Positions 50,462-62,936 are shown, numbered from the stretch's first letter. The stretch is DNA of 64,000 nucleotides from Octopus vulgaris (GCA_951406725.2 OX597835.1:15500001-15564000); one strand, 5' to 3'. Numbers and translations are program-made. Notes: generated by a model not told the origin, from the letters alone.

Positions 50462-53321
50462 GGTACTTGTCAATTGTCGTGGTCCCGGTTTTGCACACGC
50501 GAATTCGCGCGCGCGCGCGCGCCAGACGTAGGTACTCGATACTCGAGATCCTACGAGGTGACTTGCGCATGCGCAGTGCAGAATTCGCGCGTGCGCGTTA
50601 AACCCCCCTAAAAAAAAAGGTGTTGGATTTCACTAAAAATATATATGTGTGTGTGTGTGTATATATAACATTTTCAATTTTACACAAAAAAATTACATAG
50701 TCGCTTTCCTCGCGGATTTACAGAGAAATGAATTAATTACTATTTTACAGAATAAAATTAATGAATTAATTATATAAATTAAATAATTCTTGAAAATTAA
50801 TTAATATTAATAATATTTTTTGAACAAAGTAAATAATTTATAAAACTTGGTTAATAATTTTTTTTACACAAACGCGAACGTATATAATTTGTGAAACTTT
50901 TTTTTTTTACAGACGTATATAATTTGGTAAACTTAATGAATTAATTTCTTCTCATCATCATCATCGTTTAACGTCCGTTCTCCATGCCAGCATGGGTTGG
51001 ACGGTTCGACCGGGGATCTGGGAAGCCAGAAGGCTGCACCAGACTCCAGTCTTATCTGGCAATGTTTCTACAGCTGGATGCCCTTCCTAACGCCAACCAC
51101 TCCGAGAGTGTAGTGGGTGCTTTTTACATGCCACGGTCGGATTGGTGCCAGTCGAGGCGGCTCTGGCATCGGCCACGATTCGGATAGTGCTTTTTACGTA
51201 CCACCAGTCCAGGGGTCCTGGCATTTGCCGGGTGCCACACTTGCCCCAACATGTCTTCGCAAGCAAAGGGGTTGGCATGGGTGCCTGTCGTGGGATGAGG
51301 TTCGATATCAACTTCGCTTGCCTCAACAGGTCTTTGTGTATAAATGTATAAATTTTTCGCACTAAATTCTTTCCGTAGAATTTATAAAAAAACGCGCAAA
51401 ATTATTCCGTAGACTTTATCAAATTAAAAAACGCAAAATTAATATATTTTTTGAAATTGCAAATTATTTAGAATATAAAACAAATTAAGTTAAATTTTAA
51501 AAATAAATGTCATATACTTATACTCTGTAAGGTGCTGTGTTCACACTTCAATTTACTATTTTCTAGAAATGTTGCTTTTCTAATTGAAACAATTTTTCTC
51601 AATCTCCATTTAAAAGTCCATAATGCCTCTTGAGCCATATCAAAATGAACAACTTTGAATTACCCGGTGGTGGTGTGAGGTTCTAATTTTTTTTCTGATC
51701 TCTCTTTGCCCCCTCTTTATCTCAGTTGTTCATTCAGCTAATATTTAGAAAACTTTTCGCGCCCAATTTTTGTTGTCGCGGGAAAAGATGAACGATTTAA
51801 AATAAATATATCTTAATTGTAGTGTGAGAAAGTATATATATTCTGATGACAAAATATATTATCTTTCAAAAACATCCCAAATTTATAGACTATATCGTGT
51901 AGGTTTAAGAAATATATATATATATATATATATATATAGATATAGATATATATATACATATATAGTAGAGAATGAAACATCTTTCATCTGTCTCCCCACC
52001 ACACCTCCATCTAGGGGGGCAAAGAGAGATCAGAAAAAAAATTAGAACCTCACACCACCACCACCACCACCGGGTAATTCAAAGTTGTTCATTTTGATAT
52101 GGCTCAAGAGGCATTATGGACTTTTAAATGGAGATTGAGAAAAATTGTTTCAATTAGAAAAGCAACATTTCTAGAAAATAGTAAATTGAAGTGTGAACAC
52201 AGCACCTTACAGAGTATAAGTATATGACATTTATTTTTAAAATTTAACTTAATTTGTTTTATATTCTAAATAATTTGCAATTTCAAAAAATATATTAATT
52301 TTGCGTTTTTTAATTTGATAAAGTCTACGGAATAATTTTGCGCGTTTTTTTATAAATTCTACGGAAAGAATTTAGTGCGAAAAATTTATACATTTATACA
52401 CAAAGACCTGTTGAGGCAAGCGAAGTTGATATCGAACCTCATCCCACGACAGGCACCCATGCCAACCCCCTTTGCTTGCGAAGACATGTTGGGGCAAGTG
52501 TGGCACCCGGCAAATGCCAGGACCCCTGGACTGGTGGTACGTAAAAAGCACTATCCGAATCGTGGCCGATGCCAGAGCCGCCTCGACTGGCACCAATCCG
52601 ACCGTGGCCGTTGCCAGCCTCGCCTGGCACCTGTGCGGGTGGCATGTAAAAAGCACCCACTACACTCTCGGAGTGGTTGGCGTTAGGAAGGGCATCCAGC
52701 TGTAGAAACATTGCCAGATAAGACTGGAGTCTGGTGCAGCCTTCTGGCTTCCCAGATCCCCGGTCGAACCGTCCAACCCATGCTGGCATGGAGAACGGAC
52801 GTTAAACGATGATGATGAGAAGAAATTAATTCACTAAGTTTACCAAATTATATACGTCTGTAAAAAAAAAAAAAGTTTCACAAATTATATACGTTCGCGT
52901 TTTGTGTAAAAAAAATTATTAACCAAGTTTTATAAATTATTTACTTTGTTCAAAAAATATTATTAATATTAATTAATTTTCAAGAATTATTTAATTTATA
53001 TAATTAATTCATTAATTTTATTCTGTAAAATAGTAATTAATTCATTTCTCTGTAAATCCGCGAGGAAAGCGACTATGTAATTTTTTTGTGTAAAATTGAA
53101 AATGTTATATATATACACACACACACACACACACATATATTTTTAGTGAAATCCAACACCTTTTTTTTTTAGGGGGGGGGTTTAACGCGCACGCGCGAAT
53201 TCTGCACTGCGCATGCGCAAGTCACCTCGTAGGATCTCGAGTATCGAGTACCTACGTCTGGCGCGCGCGCGCGCGCGAATTCGCGTGTGCAAAACCGGGA
53301 CCACGACAATTGACAAGTACC
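50462..53321. mobile_element. Foldback-type non-autonomous DNA transposon with ~1.25-1.3 kb terminal inverted arms
   Basis: 50462-51714 is the reverse complement of 52013-53321; termini GGTACTTGTCAATTGTCGTGG...CCACGACAATTGACAAGTACC; 9 bp flanking duplication TATATATGT (50453-50461, 53322-53330); ~300 bp non-coding spacer. Confidence 0.88.
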
Positions 53322-53904
53322 TATATATGTATATTGCTTTTACTTTTTTACGTAATATTATATATATATAAACGAATAAATAAAATATAAAAATAGAAAC
53401 CAAATATGTAAAAAAAGAAAAAAGTAAATTAAATAATTGAAAAACAACAAATTTACATAAAAAACAAAAGGAAAAAAGGAAAATAATTAAATAACAAAAA
53501 ATTAAATTACGTAAAACAAAAACAAAACAAAACAAAAGCAAAGAGTAAAATAAACAGATATATAAGTAAATAAATAAGTAAATAAATAATTAGTAAAATG
53601 CTAAAAAATTTTTAAAAAGTAGATAAATAAATAAATAAATAAATAAATAAAGAGACAGTTGCTGTTGAATGTGGTTTGGTGTTTGGTAGTAAAAACCAAA
53701 CCAAACCAAACCAAACAAAAGCAAAACGTAAAAATAAACAGATATATAAGTAAAAAAATAATTAGTAAAATGCTAAAAAATTAAAAAAAAGTAGATAAAT
53801 TTATAAATAAATAAAAAAAGGAAAAGAGACAGTTGCTGTGTTGAATGTTGTTTGGTGTTTAGTAGTCAGGAGGAGATAACTCCAGTGCGGTTTCTCGTCT
53901 TCAC

Positions 53905-53930
53905 GCCCCGCCTTGGCAGACAAGATGGCG
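53905..53930 (+). promoter_or_regulatory. GC box and YY1-type motif overlapping the UBR4 start codon
   Basis: gccccgcc followed by CAAGATGGCG (YY1 consensus), typical of housekeeping gene 5' ends; motif match only. Confidence 0.45.
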
Positions 53931-54037
53931 ACTCCTCCTGCGTCGTTATCTTACTGTTTAAAACCATTACTAGCTGCCTCCTATTCAGCGTTCAACAAGA
54001 ATGAAATACCAGATTTTTCAAGAGCCATTTCTAAGAG
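53925..54037 (+). CDS. UBR4: UBR4 (p600) E3 ubiquitin ligase, first coding exon; the rest lies beyond the window
   Basis: caagATGGCG start; MATPPASLSYCLKPLLAASYSAFNKNEIPDFSRAISK resembles the human UBR4 N-terminus as I recall it (VRPLLSASYSAFEMKELP); AG|gtaaaa donor; no exon 2 found before 64000. Confidence 0.8.
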
Positions 54038-54474
54038 GTAAAACTTGTTCCATCGTATATTCGAAATCACTCACCGTTTCGTCTTGTATTTATTTTATTC
54101 ACCACCCACCACAAAAAAAAAAAAAAAAAAAAAAAAATCGCCCCCCCTCCTCCTCTGATATAAATTTTTCGCTTTGTAATGTTGTAATGTATTCGCCTTT
54201 ATATTCGATATTAAACCCATTTTTTCCATTTCTTTGACGATTTCTTATCGATATTTCCAACACCACACATAAATATATATATTCTTACACTAATTAATTT
54301 CCACAAAACACAATATAATCCTTTATTTCTTTTGCTTAATCCATCCTATGTAAGATTTCCTATGTATAATTGCAAACACCCATTTCTTCTTCTTCATAAA
54401 TCTTATATATTTAATCTATCTTCCAGTTTATTTTGTTTTATCTCCTTTCTATATAAATCTCTGTCATGCAGACG

Positions 54475-55360
54475 GTTTTTTTTTTATTAAATACTTCCCC
54501 TAAATTCTCATCAAATGTCTAATTTATTTAATTAACTTCACATTACTCTAAATCCTAATCATACAAGATCCTTATATCTCTGTTTAATTTTTGTCCAAAC
54601 CCCCTTTTTTTCTATTTATCATTCTACAGAAAGGTTTTTTCTATTAAATACATTCTCTAAATTTTCATCAAATGTCTAATTTATCTAATTAACTTAATAT
54701 TACTCCAAATCCAAATCATACAAGATCCTCATATCTATCTTGTTACTGCTTTATTTGTGTCCAAACCCTTTTTTCCCCCCTTTATCATTCTACAGAAATG
54801 TCTTTTTTATTAAATACATTCTCTAAATTTTCATCAAATGTCTAATTTATTTAATTAACTTCATATTACTCCAAATCCTAATCATATAACATCCTTAATA
54901 TCTATCTTTCTCTCTGTCTCTGTTTATTAATTTTTGTCCAAACCCCTTTTTTCCCCCCTTTATCACTCTACAGAAATGTCTTTTTTATTAAACACTTCCT
55001 CTAAATATTTATCAAATGTTTAATTTATTTAATTAACTTCATATTACTCCAAATCCAAATCATACAAGACCCTTATATTTACCTTGTCACTGTTTAATTT
55101 TTGTCCAAACCCCTTTTTTTTCTCTTTATCATTCTACAGTAAGGTTTATTTTATTAAATACATTCTCTAAATGTTCATCAAATGTCTAATTTATTTAATT
55201 AACTTAATATTACTCCAAATCCTAATCATACAAGATCCCTATACCTATCTTTCCCCCTGTCTCTGTTTATTAATTTTTGTCCAAGATCCTTATATCTATC
55301 TTGTCACTGTTTAATTTTTATCCAAACCCCTTTTTTTTCCCTCTTTATCCATTCTACAGA
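54475..55360 (+). repeat. ~160-180 bp imperfect tandem repeat, about 5 copies, in UBR4 intron 1
   Basis: recurring TATTAAATACATTCTCTAAATTTTCATCAAATGTCTAATTTA ... GTCCAAACCCCTTTTT...ATTCTACAG. Confidence 0.85.
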
Positions 55361-56397
55361 AATGTTTCTAGACGATTCCACTTTAAATAATTACACTTGT
55401 TTACCTAAAAATTTACCATTAGCACATCTCGTCGATGACTTCAATAAAAACGCATCCTTGTTCAATAAAAGAAGGATGTATTCCAAACATTTGAAATATA
55501 ATCACTGATTAATTAATTATGTGGCTGTGATTCTTGGCAAAATTTGCCAAACACCGGGACCTTGAAGTAAAGAATATAACTTTATTTTCTGCGACCTAAT
55601 TGACTTTAATCAGATGTCTTTGATAAATGGTCAGAAATATTCTTGTTTTGGTGGAAGAAATCCATTTAAAACATTGCCACTGATTAATTATGTGGCTGCG
55701 ATTCTTACCAAATGCCGGGACCTTGAAATGAAGAATACAATCATATTTACCGTGGTTTAATTGCTTTTACTTAAAACTGTTATTGTTGGTGTGTCACGCC
55801 GATGGTTTTAATGCTAAAAATAATAATAATATATCTGTCTTTGGGGAAATAAATGCATTTAAAACATTATCATTGTTTAATTATGTAGCTGAGATTCTTA
55901 ACAAAATTTCCAAAAGACGAACACCGGATGAAAAGAAAGAATTTGACCATATTTTCTGCGATTTAATTAATTTCAGTCAGGTATTTTTGGTAAATAGTCA
56001 AAGATATCAGACCCCAAACTACTTGTAATAAATATATCGAGTCGAGTACCTAACCTTTTATTGCAGTCCTCAAATTTCGAGTTCGTATATTTATGTGTTG
56101 GCATATTTAGTTGGTTACTTTTCACGTGAAACTCCGATGTAATCGGAATCTGAGAGGTATTTGGAGAAAATTTCATTAAAAAAATACCCCTTTTTTCCCC
56201 TGAAAGTGATTAGAAAAGACAGTCGCGTGGGTGTGGGCATTATTTGCCTGGATAGGTATAGCCTACGTACTTAATAAACAAATTACGAGGTAATTATCAT
56301 TATTATTATTTTTACCTTTTATAATGAAAATTTACCTTTTTAGGATCTCCGAAGCGGACGCCTATACTTATATACTCAACATATACTCCCATCCACG

Positions 56398-56438
<41 letters not shown>

Positions 56439-56629
56439 ATAATATGTTACATTACTCGATAGTCGAAGAGATGTCGTGGATTCCGACTTCGGCATCTGAA
56501 ACTCAGAGTTTTATCTTGACTATCGAGTAATGTAACATATTATTTTATAGATAAATTTCCTCTATTTACATAATATTGAGGTCTCTTTCTTTCTTTTGTT
56601 ATCTTACCGTTTTACCAATATATATACAT

Positions 56630-56673
56630 ATATATATATATAAATAAATATACACGTATTCTATGTAGATGTT

Positions 56674-56705
<32 letters not shown>

Positions 56706-56746
56706 AATATACACGTATTCTATGTAGATGTTTGTGTATGTATGCA

Positions 56747-56790
<44 letters not shown>

Positions 56791-56827
56791 TACACGTATT
56801 CTATGTAGATGTTTGTGTATGTATGCA

Positions 56828-56861
<34 letters not shown>

Positions 56862-57031
56862 AATATACACGTATTCTATGTAGATGTTTGTGTATGTATG
56901 CATGTGTGTGTATATATATATATATAAATAAACACGTATTCTATGTAGATGTTTGTGTATGTATGTGTATATATATATATATATATAAAAATATACACGT
57001 ATTCTATGTAGATGTTTGTGTATGTATGTAT

Positions 57032-57062
<31 letters not shown>

Positions 57063-57176
57063 AATAAACACGTATTCTATGTAGATGTTTGTGTATGTAT
57101 GTGTGTATATATATATATATATAAATATATATATATATAAACACGTATTCTATGTAGATGTTTGTGTATGTATGTA

Positions 57177-57223
<47 letters not shown>

Positions 57224-57352
57224 AACACGTATTCTATGTAGATGTTTGTGTGTGTATGTATGTATATATATATATATATATATAAATAAACACGTATTCT
57301 ATGTAGATGTTTATGTATGTATGTATGTATGTATATATATATATATATATAT
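56630..57352 (+). repeat. Compound minisatellite, ~10 copies of ACACGTATTCTATGTAGATGTTTGTG plus (TA)n
   Basis: Directly visible; one inverted copy of the unit at ~59101-59140. Confidence 0.92.
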
Positions 57353-58246
57353 GATTAGTAGGGTTATCATTTGGACGAGCTATAAATTATCGTTAAATGA
57401 CAGACAGCAGCTATTCTTCACTCGATAGTTTAACCATGGAAACTGTTGCACCTTTTTTCCGATACATGCCTAGCTTAAAAATTTATTTGCGAAAGAGAAA
57501 GAAAATGGTGTTTGAATTATTAATATCTAGACTGACGAAGATTATAGTTACAGAGGCAGGGTTTTTTTTTGTATTTTTGTGGCACTTTCCCCACAAGAAA
57601 TTAACATTCTTCCCGATTTGAATTTAATGGTGACATACTGTAGCTTCTATTGCACAACGGTGGTTGACAGTGGATGGTTTATGTATTCCGTAGCATGGTA
57701 TATGATGGGATGTGTGTGTGTGTGTGTGGTTGACATTAATATACGAGTTGTTATTTATGTGACGATTCTTGTTGATGGGTTTTTTTCAATTCGCGGAGAC
57801 GCAAAAACTGATATAAATAAGTGTGACCTTGTCGGTCTAACAATTATATAGACACAGCGAAAAGTGGTAAAGTAGTGCAAGTTGCGAAGATTTATTTACG
57901 CCCCAGAACTAATCAAAACATCAAATTTTAGTTCGAGTGCTGGTACGACTGATCATTAATATGATAACGGTGTTTAAAAACCGTTTCTGCATTCATTAGT
58001 TATGCGTGGACCCCTCTCTGTTAATTACATAAATATTGGGTGAGGCCGAAAAAAAAAACAAAAACGGACGATATTAATAATCTAAAGCGATAGCGGAAAT
58101 CCTTTATTGTAATTTTGCCGGAGCATGGTACATATTTTTGGAATTTTAGCGACATTGAGCTAAAATTTAAATGCAGATGATTGCAGAAAATATAAATTAG
58201 CGAAAAAGAAAGAAAAATGGAATATAGATTTTTATATTTTTAAGCC

Positions 58247-58277
<31 letters not shown>

Positions 58278-58448
58278 ATTAGGGCTTAGTAAAATAAACT
58301 TGCTGAAGTTCAGTATGTGGCAAAGTAATTTATTTTACTAAGCCCTAATTATATAATGTAATATTTTGAATTCGCCTTAAATGGTCCTTTTACATACTGA
58401 ATACTTGGTGAAATTGATTAATAACTAATTAATTTTACACTCAATTTT

Positions 58449-58484
<36 letters not shown>

Positions 58485-59177
58485 GATCTTATCAGTTTTT
58501 TTAATCATTTGTTTGTTGCAATCAGTTCTCGTATCAGACTGGAACATAGAGGACTGGATAAAACTGCACCAGGTTGGCTAGTACCCAGCAATATAGTGTG
58601 AGAATGTAGTCAGGTGCGCTAAGTACCCGGCAAGAGATAGAATGTGTCAGCAGTTTTCTCGGTAGTACGCTAAGTTAGTTACATCGAGTTTACTACATAC
58701 AACGAACACTCCCTTTTCGCTGTCGACATCGGAAATACACAGAACTGGTTATTGGTTGTTCACCAATAAATATAATAAAATAAAATAAGCTCAGATTTTT
58801 TTTTTTTAAAGGAAACTGGTTATTGCAGAAAAACTGGTCAAAATATTGGACGTAATGTATATAAATACATTAAATAGTGACCCAAGTTCTCTTTCACTTT
58901 GTATAATGAAAGTAACGCGAAAAGTGAAACTTAATATTGTTCTCCGTAATGTTTTTCAGTCCAAATAGTGGCCTGCTATTTAATTAAATATAAATTTATA
59001 AATATGTTTTGTGTGAAATGATTTTGTAACATCCTGAAAAAATTAAAAGACCTTTCCTTTAATCATCCTGTATGAAAAATCGACTGAAATCGGTTGAGAT
59101 GCATACATACACAAACATCTACATAGAATACATGTATATTTATTTATATGTATATATATATTCGTCAGAAACTAGTG

Positions 59178-59367
59178 CAGTGTCTCTCAACCGGGGTTCC
59201 CCGGAACCTTAGGCTTTTGCAAAATGTTCCTAGAGGTTCCGCGAGAAAGAGTGAGATAAGCTAATGCTAATTTCATGATCATAATATTACTATACATGCA
59301 CAAAATATTATTGGTTATTGTAATATAGACATCATCCTATCTAACGTATTATGTTATCAAAAAAATA

Positions 59368-59416
<49 letters not shown>

Positions 59417-59457
59417 ATTTGACATGGGCGATTCTTTCTTGTGTATGTGTGTATATA

Positions 59458-59498
<41 letters not shown>

Positions 59499-59696
59499 CT
59501 TAGAATAACTTAGAAAGGTTTTGGCCAGTATTGGCCCAGGCCATGTCTGACTTAATAGCACCACCTATATAATATTTACCACGTGAACTACGGATGAAAA
59601 ATATATGAGAAAGATATATAAATTTTAAAATTTTTTATGCAGGGGTTCTTTGAGACATAATTATTTTAAGGGATACGCAAGGGTTGAGAAACACTG
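59178..59696. mobile_element. hAT-like MITE
   Basis: TIRs CAGTGTCTCTCAACC / GGTTGAGAAACACTG; degenerate 8 bp flanks AACTAGTG / CTCTAGTG. Confidence 0.65.
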
Positions 59697-61129
59697 CTCT
59701 AGTGAAACGAAAGTGAAAGAATTCTTTTACTCTGAAAATCAATTGAAAATGATAGATACCTGTTGTTACAAAATTGTAAATGTAAAGTGCCTTATTTATT
59801 TATTTTATATTATTTAAAAAAAATAATGAATTAAAATATAGGAATAAGTTTGGATAATATTGTCAAAGGCATTTAACAAGTTCTGGCAAATTTTTTTGTG
59901 CGTCTGTCGTCGATCACCCCCCATCTTAATCTTCTTTCCAGTTCCTCCCACCTACCATTATATTATATGAAGTAGCCATGTATCTCCTCTATAACAAGAC
60001 ACGTGTGCCGGTTCCATCATAATTTAGTCACCCAACACCCACCCAGCATTGAACCACCACCCCATCTCTCAAGTACTCTCTCATCCAGTCAACAGGGCTT
60101 TCCTTTTCTTGTCTTGTGAGTTACTTGGTGACCACAATAATGCTGGTGTCATGAAAGAAAGCATCTGATACACACTGTAAAATGGTTAGTTGTTAGGGAG
60201 GTCATCCATTGGCATTCGGTGTGTTGGTACCGGTTAAACCATCCAGCCTATGCCGGCATGGAAAACAGAACATAAAGTGATGATATATAAAGATTGAAGG
60301 GGTGCTACTATAGTATAATATCTACCATCCATTTTCTACTATAGCAGGATATCTACTATTAATTTTCTACTACAGTATATCTACTGACCGTTTGTAGCAT
60401 GAAATATGTAAAGAATCATTAAACATTTATTCTACAAAAACAAAGGAGCATAATAAACAGTTTGTAGTGTAAATTATATTAAAAAATCATTAACACCTTA
60501 GTATACAAAATTTTAAAAAATCATCAAATATTGATTTTAATGTTTATAGACTGATCTGATATCTTTTAGAAAAGCAATGAACGGGTCATTGTTTTTCCTG
60601 AGCATTTTTCCAATAATGGCACCTGTGTTGGTGGCACATAAAATCACCCACTACACTCTCGGAGTGGTTGGCATTAGGAAGGGCATCCAGCTGTAGAAAC
60701 ACTGCCAGATCTGACTGGGCCTGGTGTAGCCTTCGGGCTTGCCAGACCCCAGTTGAACCGTCCAACCCATGCTAGCATGGAAAGCGGACGTTAAACGATG
60801 ATGATGATCCAAATGCAATTGAAAATGTTGAGTAGATGTGCCTCTTTTTTTTTTTTCTTGAGTATTTCAATCTTGGCATCAAGCTACGATCACTCAATAG
60901 CTTGAATATGAGCTCCTGATGTCTGGTCCATCTAATTCACTTGATGATTGACAGTTTTGTGTTGATAGCTGATTTCCTTTAAGCAATGGTAGGTCGGCCA
61001 CTCAACGGAATGGCTCACGGCATGGTGCTAGTATGAACAACTAGGCTGGAATTAATTGCTGAAGACCGTAAGTGGGTTGTTTGGTAGAGTGCATTGTCAT
61101 TTATGATGGGTCGCAAATAGCAAGGTAGA

Positions 61130-62067
61130 TATCCTATAGTAGCACTGATTGAAGTGCTGTGCATGGCATGATACTTAATTTTTACATTGCTCCATGTCCC
61201 TTCAGTTGTGTCAACGTGGATAGCTCCATCTTTTGGATCTATAAAATTAAGATAATGATTTACAGTATCCTGGTTCCATAACTGTTGATAGATACAATAG
61301 CAGTTATAATACCTATTTCTTTATTACCCACAAGGGGCTAAACACAGAGGGGACAAACAAGGACAGACATAGGTATTAAGTCGATTACATCGACCCCAAT
61401 GCGTAACTGGTACTTAATTTATCGACCCCGAAAGGATGAAAGGCAAAGTCGACCTCGGCGGAATTTGAACTCACAACGTAACGCAGACGAAATACCGCTA
61501 AGCAGTTATAATACACATACCTGATAATATGGGATCAGTGATAGTTCATAATAATTAATATTGCAGTTTTACAACCAGGGACAGGTACAAGGACATACTT
61601 TAGGCTGCTGTGTTCAACCATGTCAAGAAGCCAGGAACCCTCTTGATAACGACCATGAGATATTTGTGGTGCATGGACTTCAATCTATGTCTCCACTCTT
61701 AAACCGTTTCTGCCAATCTAAACAGGATGGTCAGTACACCACGACTACACATACTTCTCTAGAATAGTTATATCAGTTCACTGTCGTTTCTCAACCGACA
61801 CCAAACTGCTCCGTAACAACATTGCTTGCAGTTAACTGCTGCCCTCCAATACATACAAGATGTACAAAGTGAAGCAGTGAGATATGAGACCCAAACAAGA
61901 AAGAAGCTGCCTCTAATACTTTGGTAATGCCTGCAGGCACAATTCTTCCGAGTTTTCCCATCAAAACATATGTGGCAATTTACCAAACATGTCATCTTAT
62001 CAGTGTTCTGCTGAATTAGGAATTCTAAAAATGCTAGACTTGTACTTCCATCATTGTCGTAATACAA
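61130..62067 (-). pseudogene. Degenerate Merlin (IS1595/IS1016-like) DDE transposase relic, interrupted by a SINE
   Basis: Ordered motifs across stops and frameshifts: SIRGSFF; TVN*YNYSREVC; IGRNGLRVET; GRYQEGSWLLDMVE; TVNHYLNFIDPKDGAIHVDTTEGTWSNVK. Confidence 0.75.
61313..61500 (-). mobile_element. 5'-truncated SINE family B copy with 14 bp target-site duplication
   Basis: AGCAGTTATAATAC at 61299-61312 and 61501-61514. Confidence 0.85.
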
Positions 62068-62936
62068 ATACCCTTTTTAACATATTTCCTTTCAGTTAGC
62101 TCATCACTGTTAATATCGTCTACACTTTTCACAGGTGCTTGTTGCATAAGAGGTTTAGCCATTTCTTCTATACACAAACAATTTTGAAATTAACTTTCAG
62201 TTTCAAAGAAAAACAATCTTCCACTCAAATTTCATTGCTAAGTTTAGTTGAGTACTACCAAGCATCATTTACTTTTTTTTTTCTATAATGTTGATCTCTG
62301 CCAACTTCAATGGTTTCACTTTCTGGATCATAAAATGAAAGAGTTCTCTGTTTTATGTGGAATAAGTCTCATCCTAGAAAAATTCAAGCAACAACATTCT
62401 AAATTTTATCAAAATCTTTTGGGATCTCTTACCATTTGTCTAAGAACATTTTATTAAGGTTTTCAATTCGCATGATGACCAAGTTACATAAATATGAGTA
62501 CCATATTTAAAGCATATAAAATGTACAGTTTTTGAAAAAAAAATAAGTCCCCAAAAGATCACCCCTGGTCCTATATGAAAATTTGGGCTTATGTTACATG
62601 TTCAATGCACTAAAAACTTCTTGCCAGAATATGTGCTACTGAATCTGGGGTGTGACCCAGATGTTTGTTTTTTTTTTTGTGTTTTTTTTTTTACTTCATC
62701 AGATATGATATCGTTCACTTGTTTCAATCATTAGACTGGCCATACTGGAGCACCATGAATTTTTTTTAGTTAAATGAATCAACTCCAGTACTTGGTTTTT
62801 TTAAAGCTTGATACTTACTCGTTTGGTCTCCTTTTGCCGCACTGCTAAGTTACTGGGACACAAGCACATCCACATCGGTGGTCAAGTGGTGAGAGACAGA
62901 CGCAAACACACACACACACATAGATATGTAAGCATA

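Noticed and set aside
56661-57428. Tyr/Ile-rich ORFs
   Set aside because: Translations of the (TA)n compound minisatellite
62135-62230. Possible UBR4 exon 2 after ttttcacag
   Set aside because: Translation does not resemble the expected continuation of UBR4 and lies at the edge of the Merlin relic
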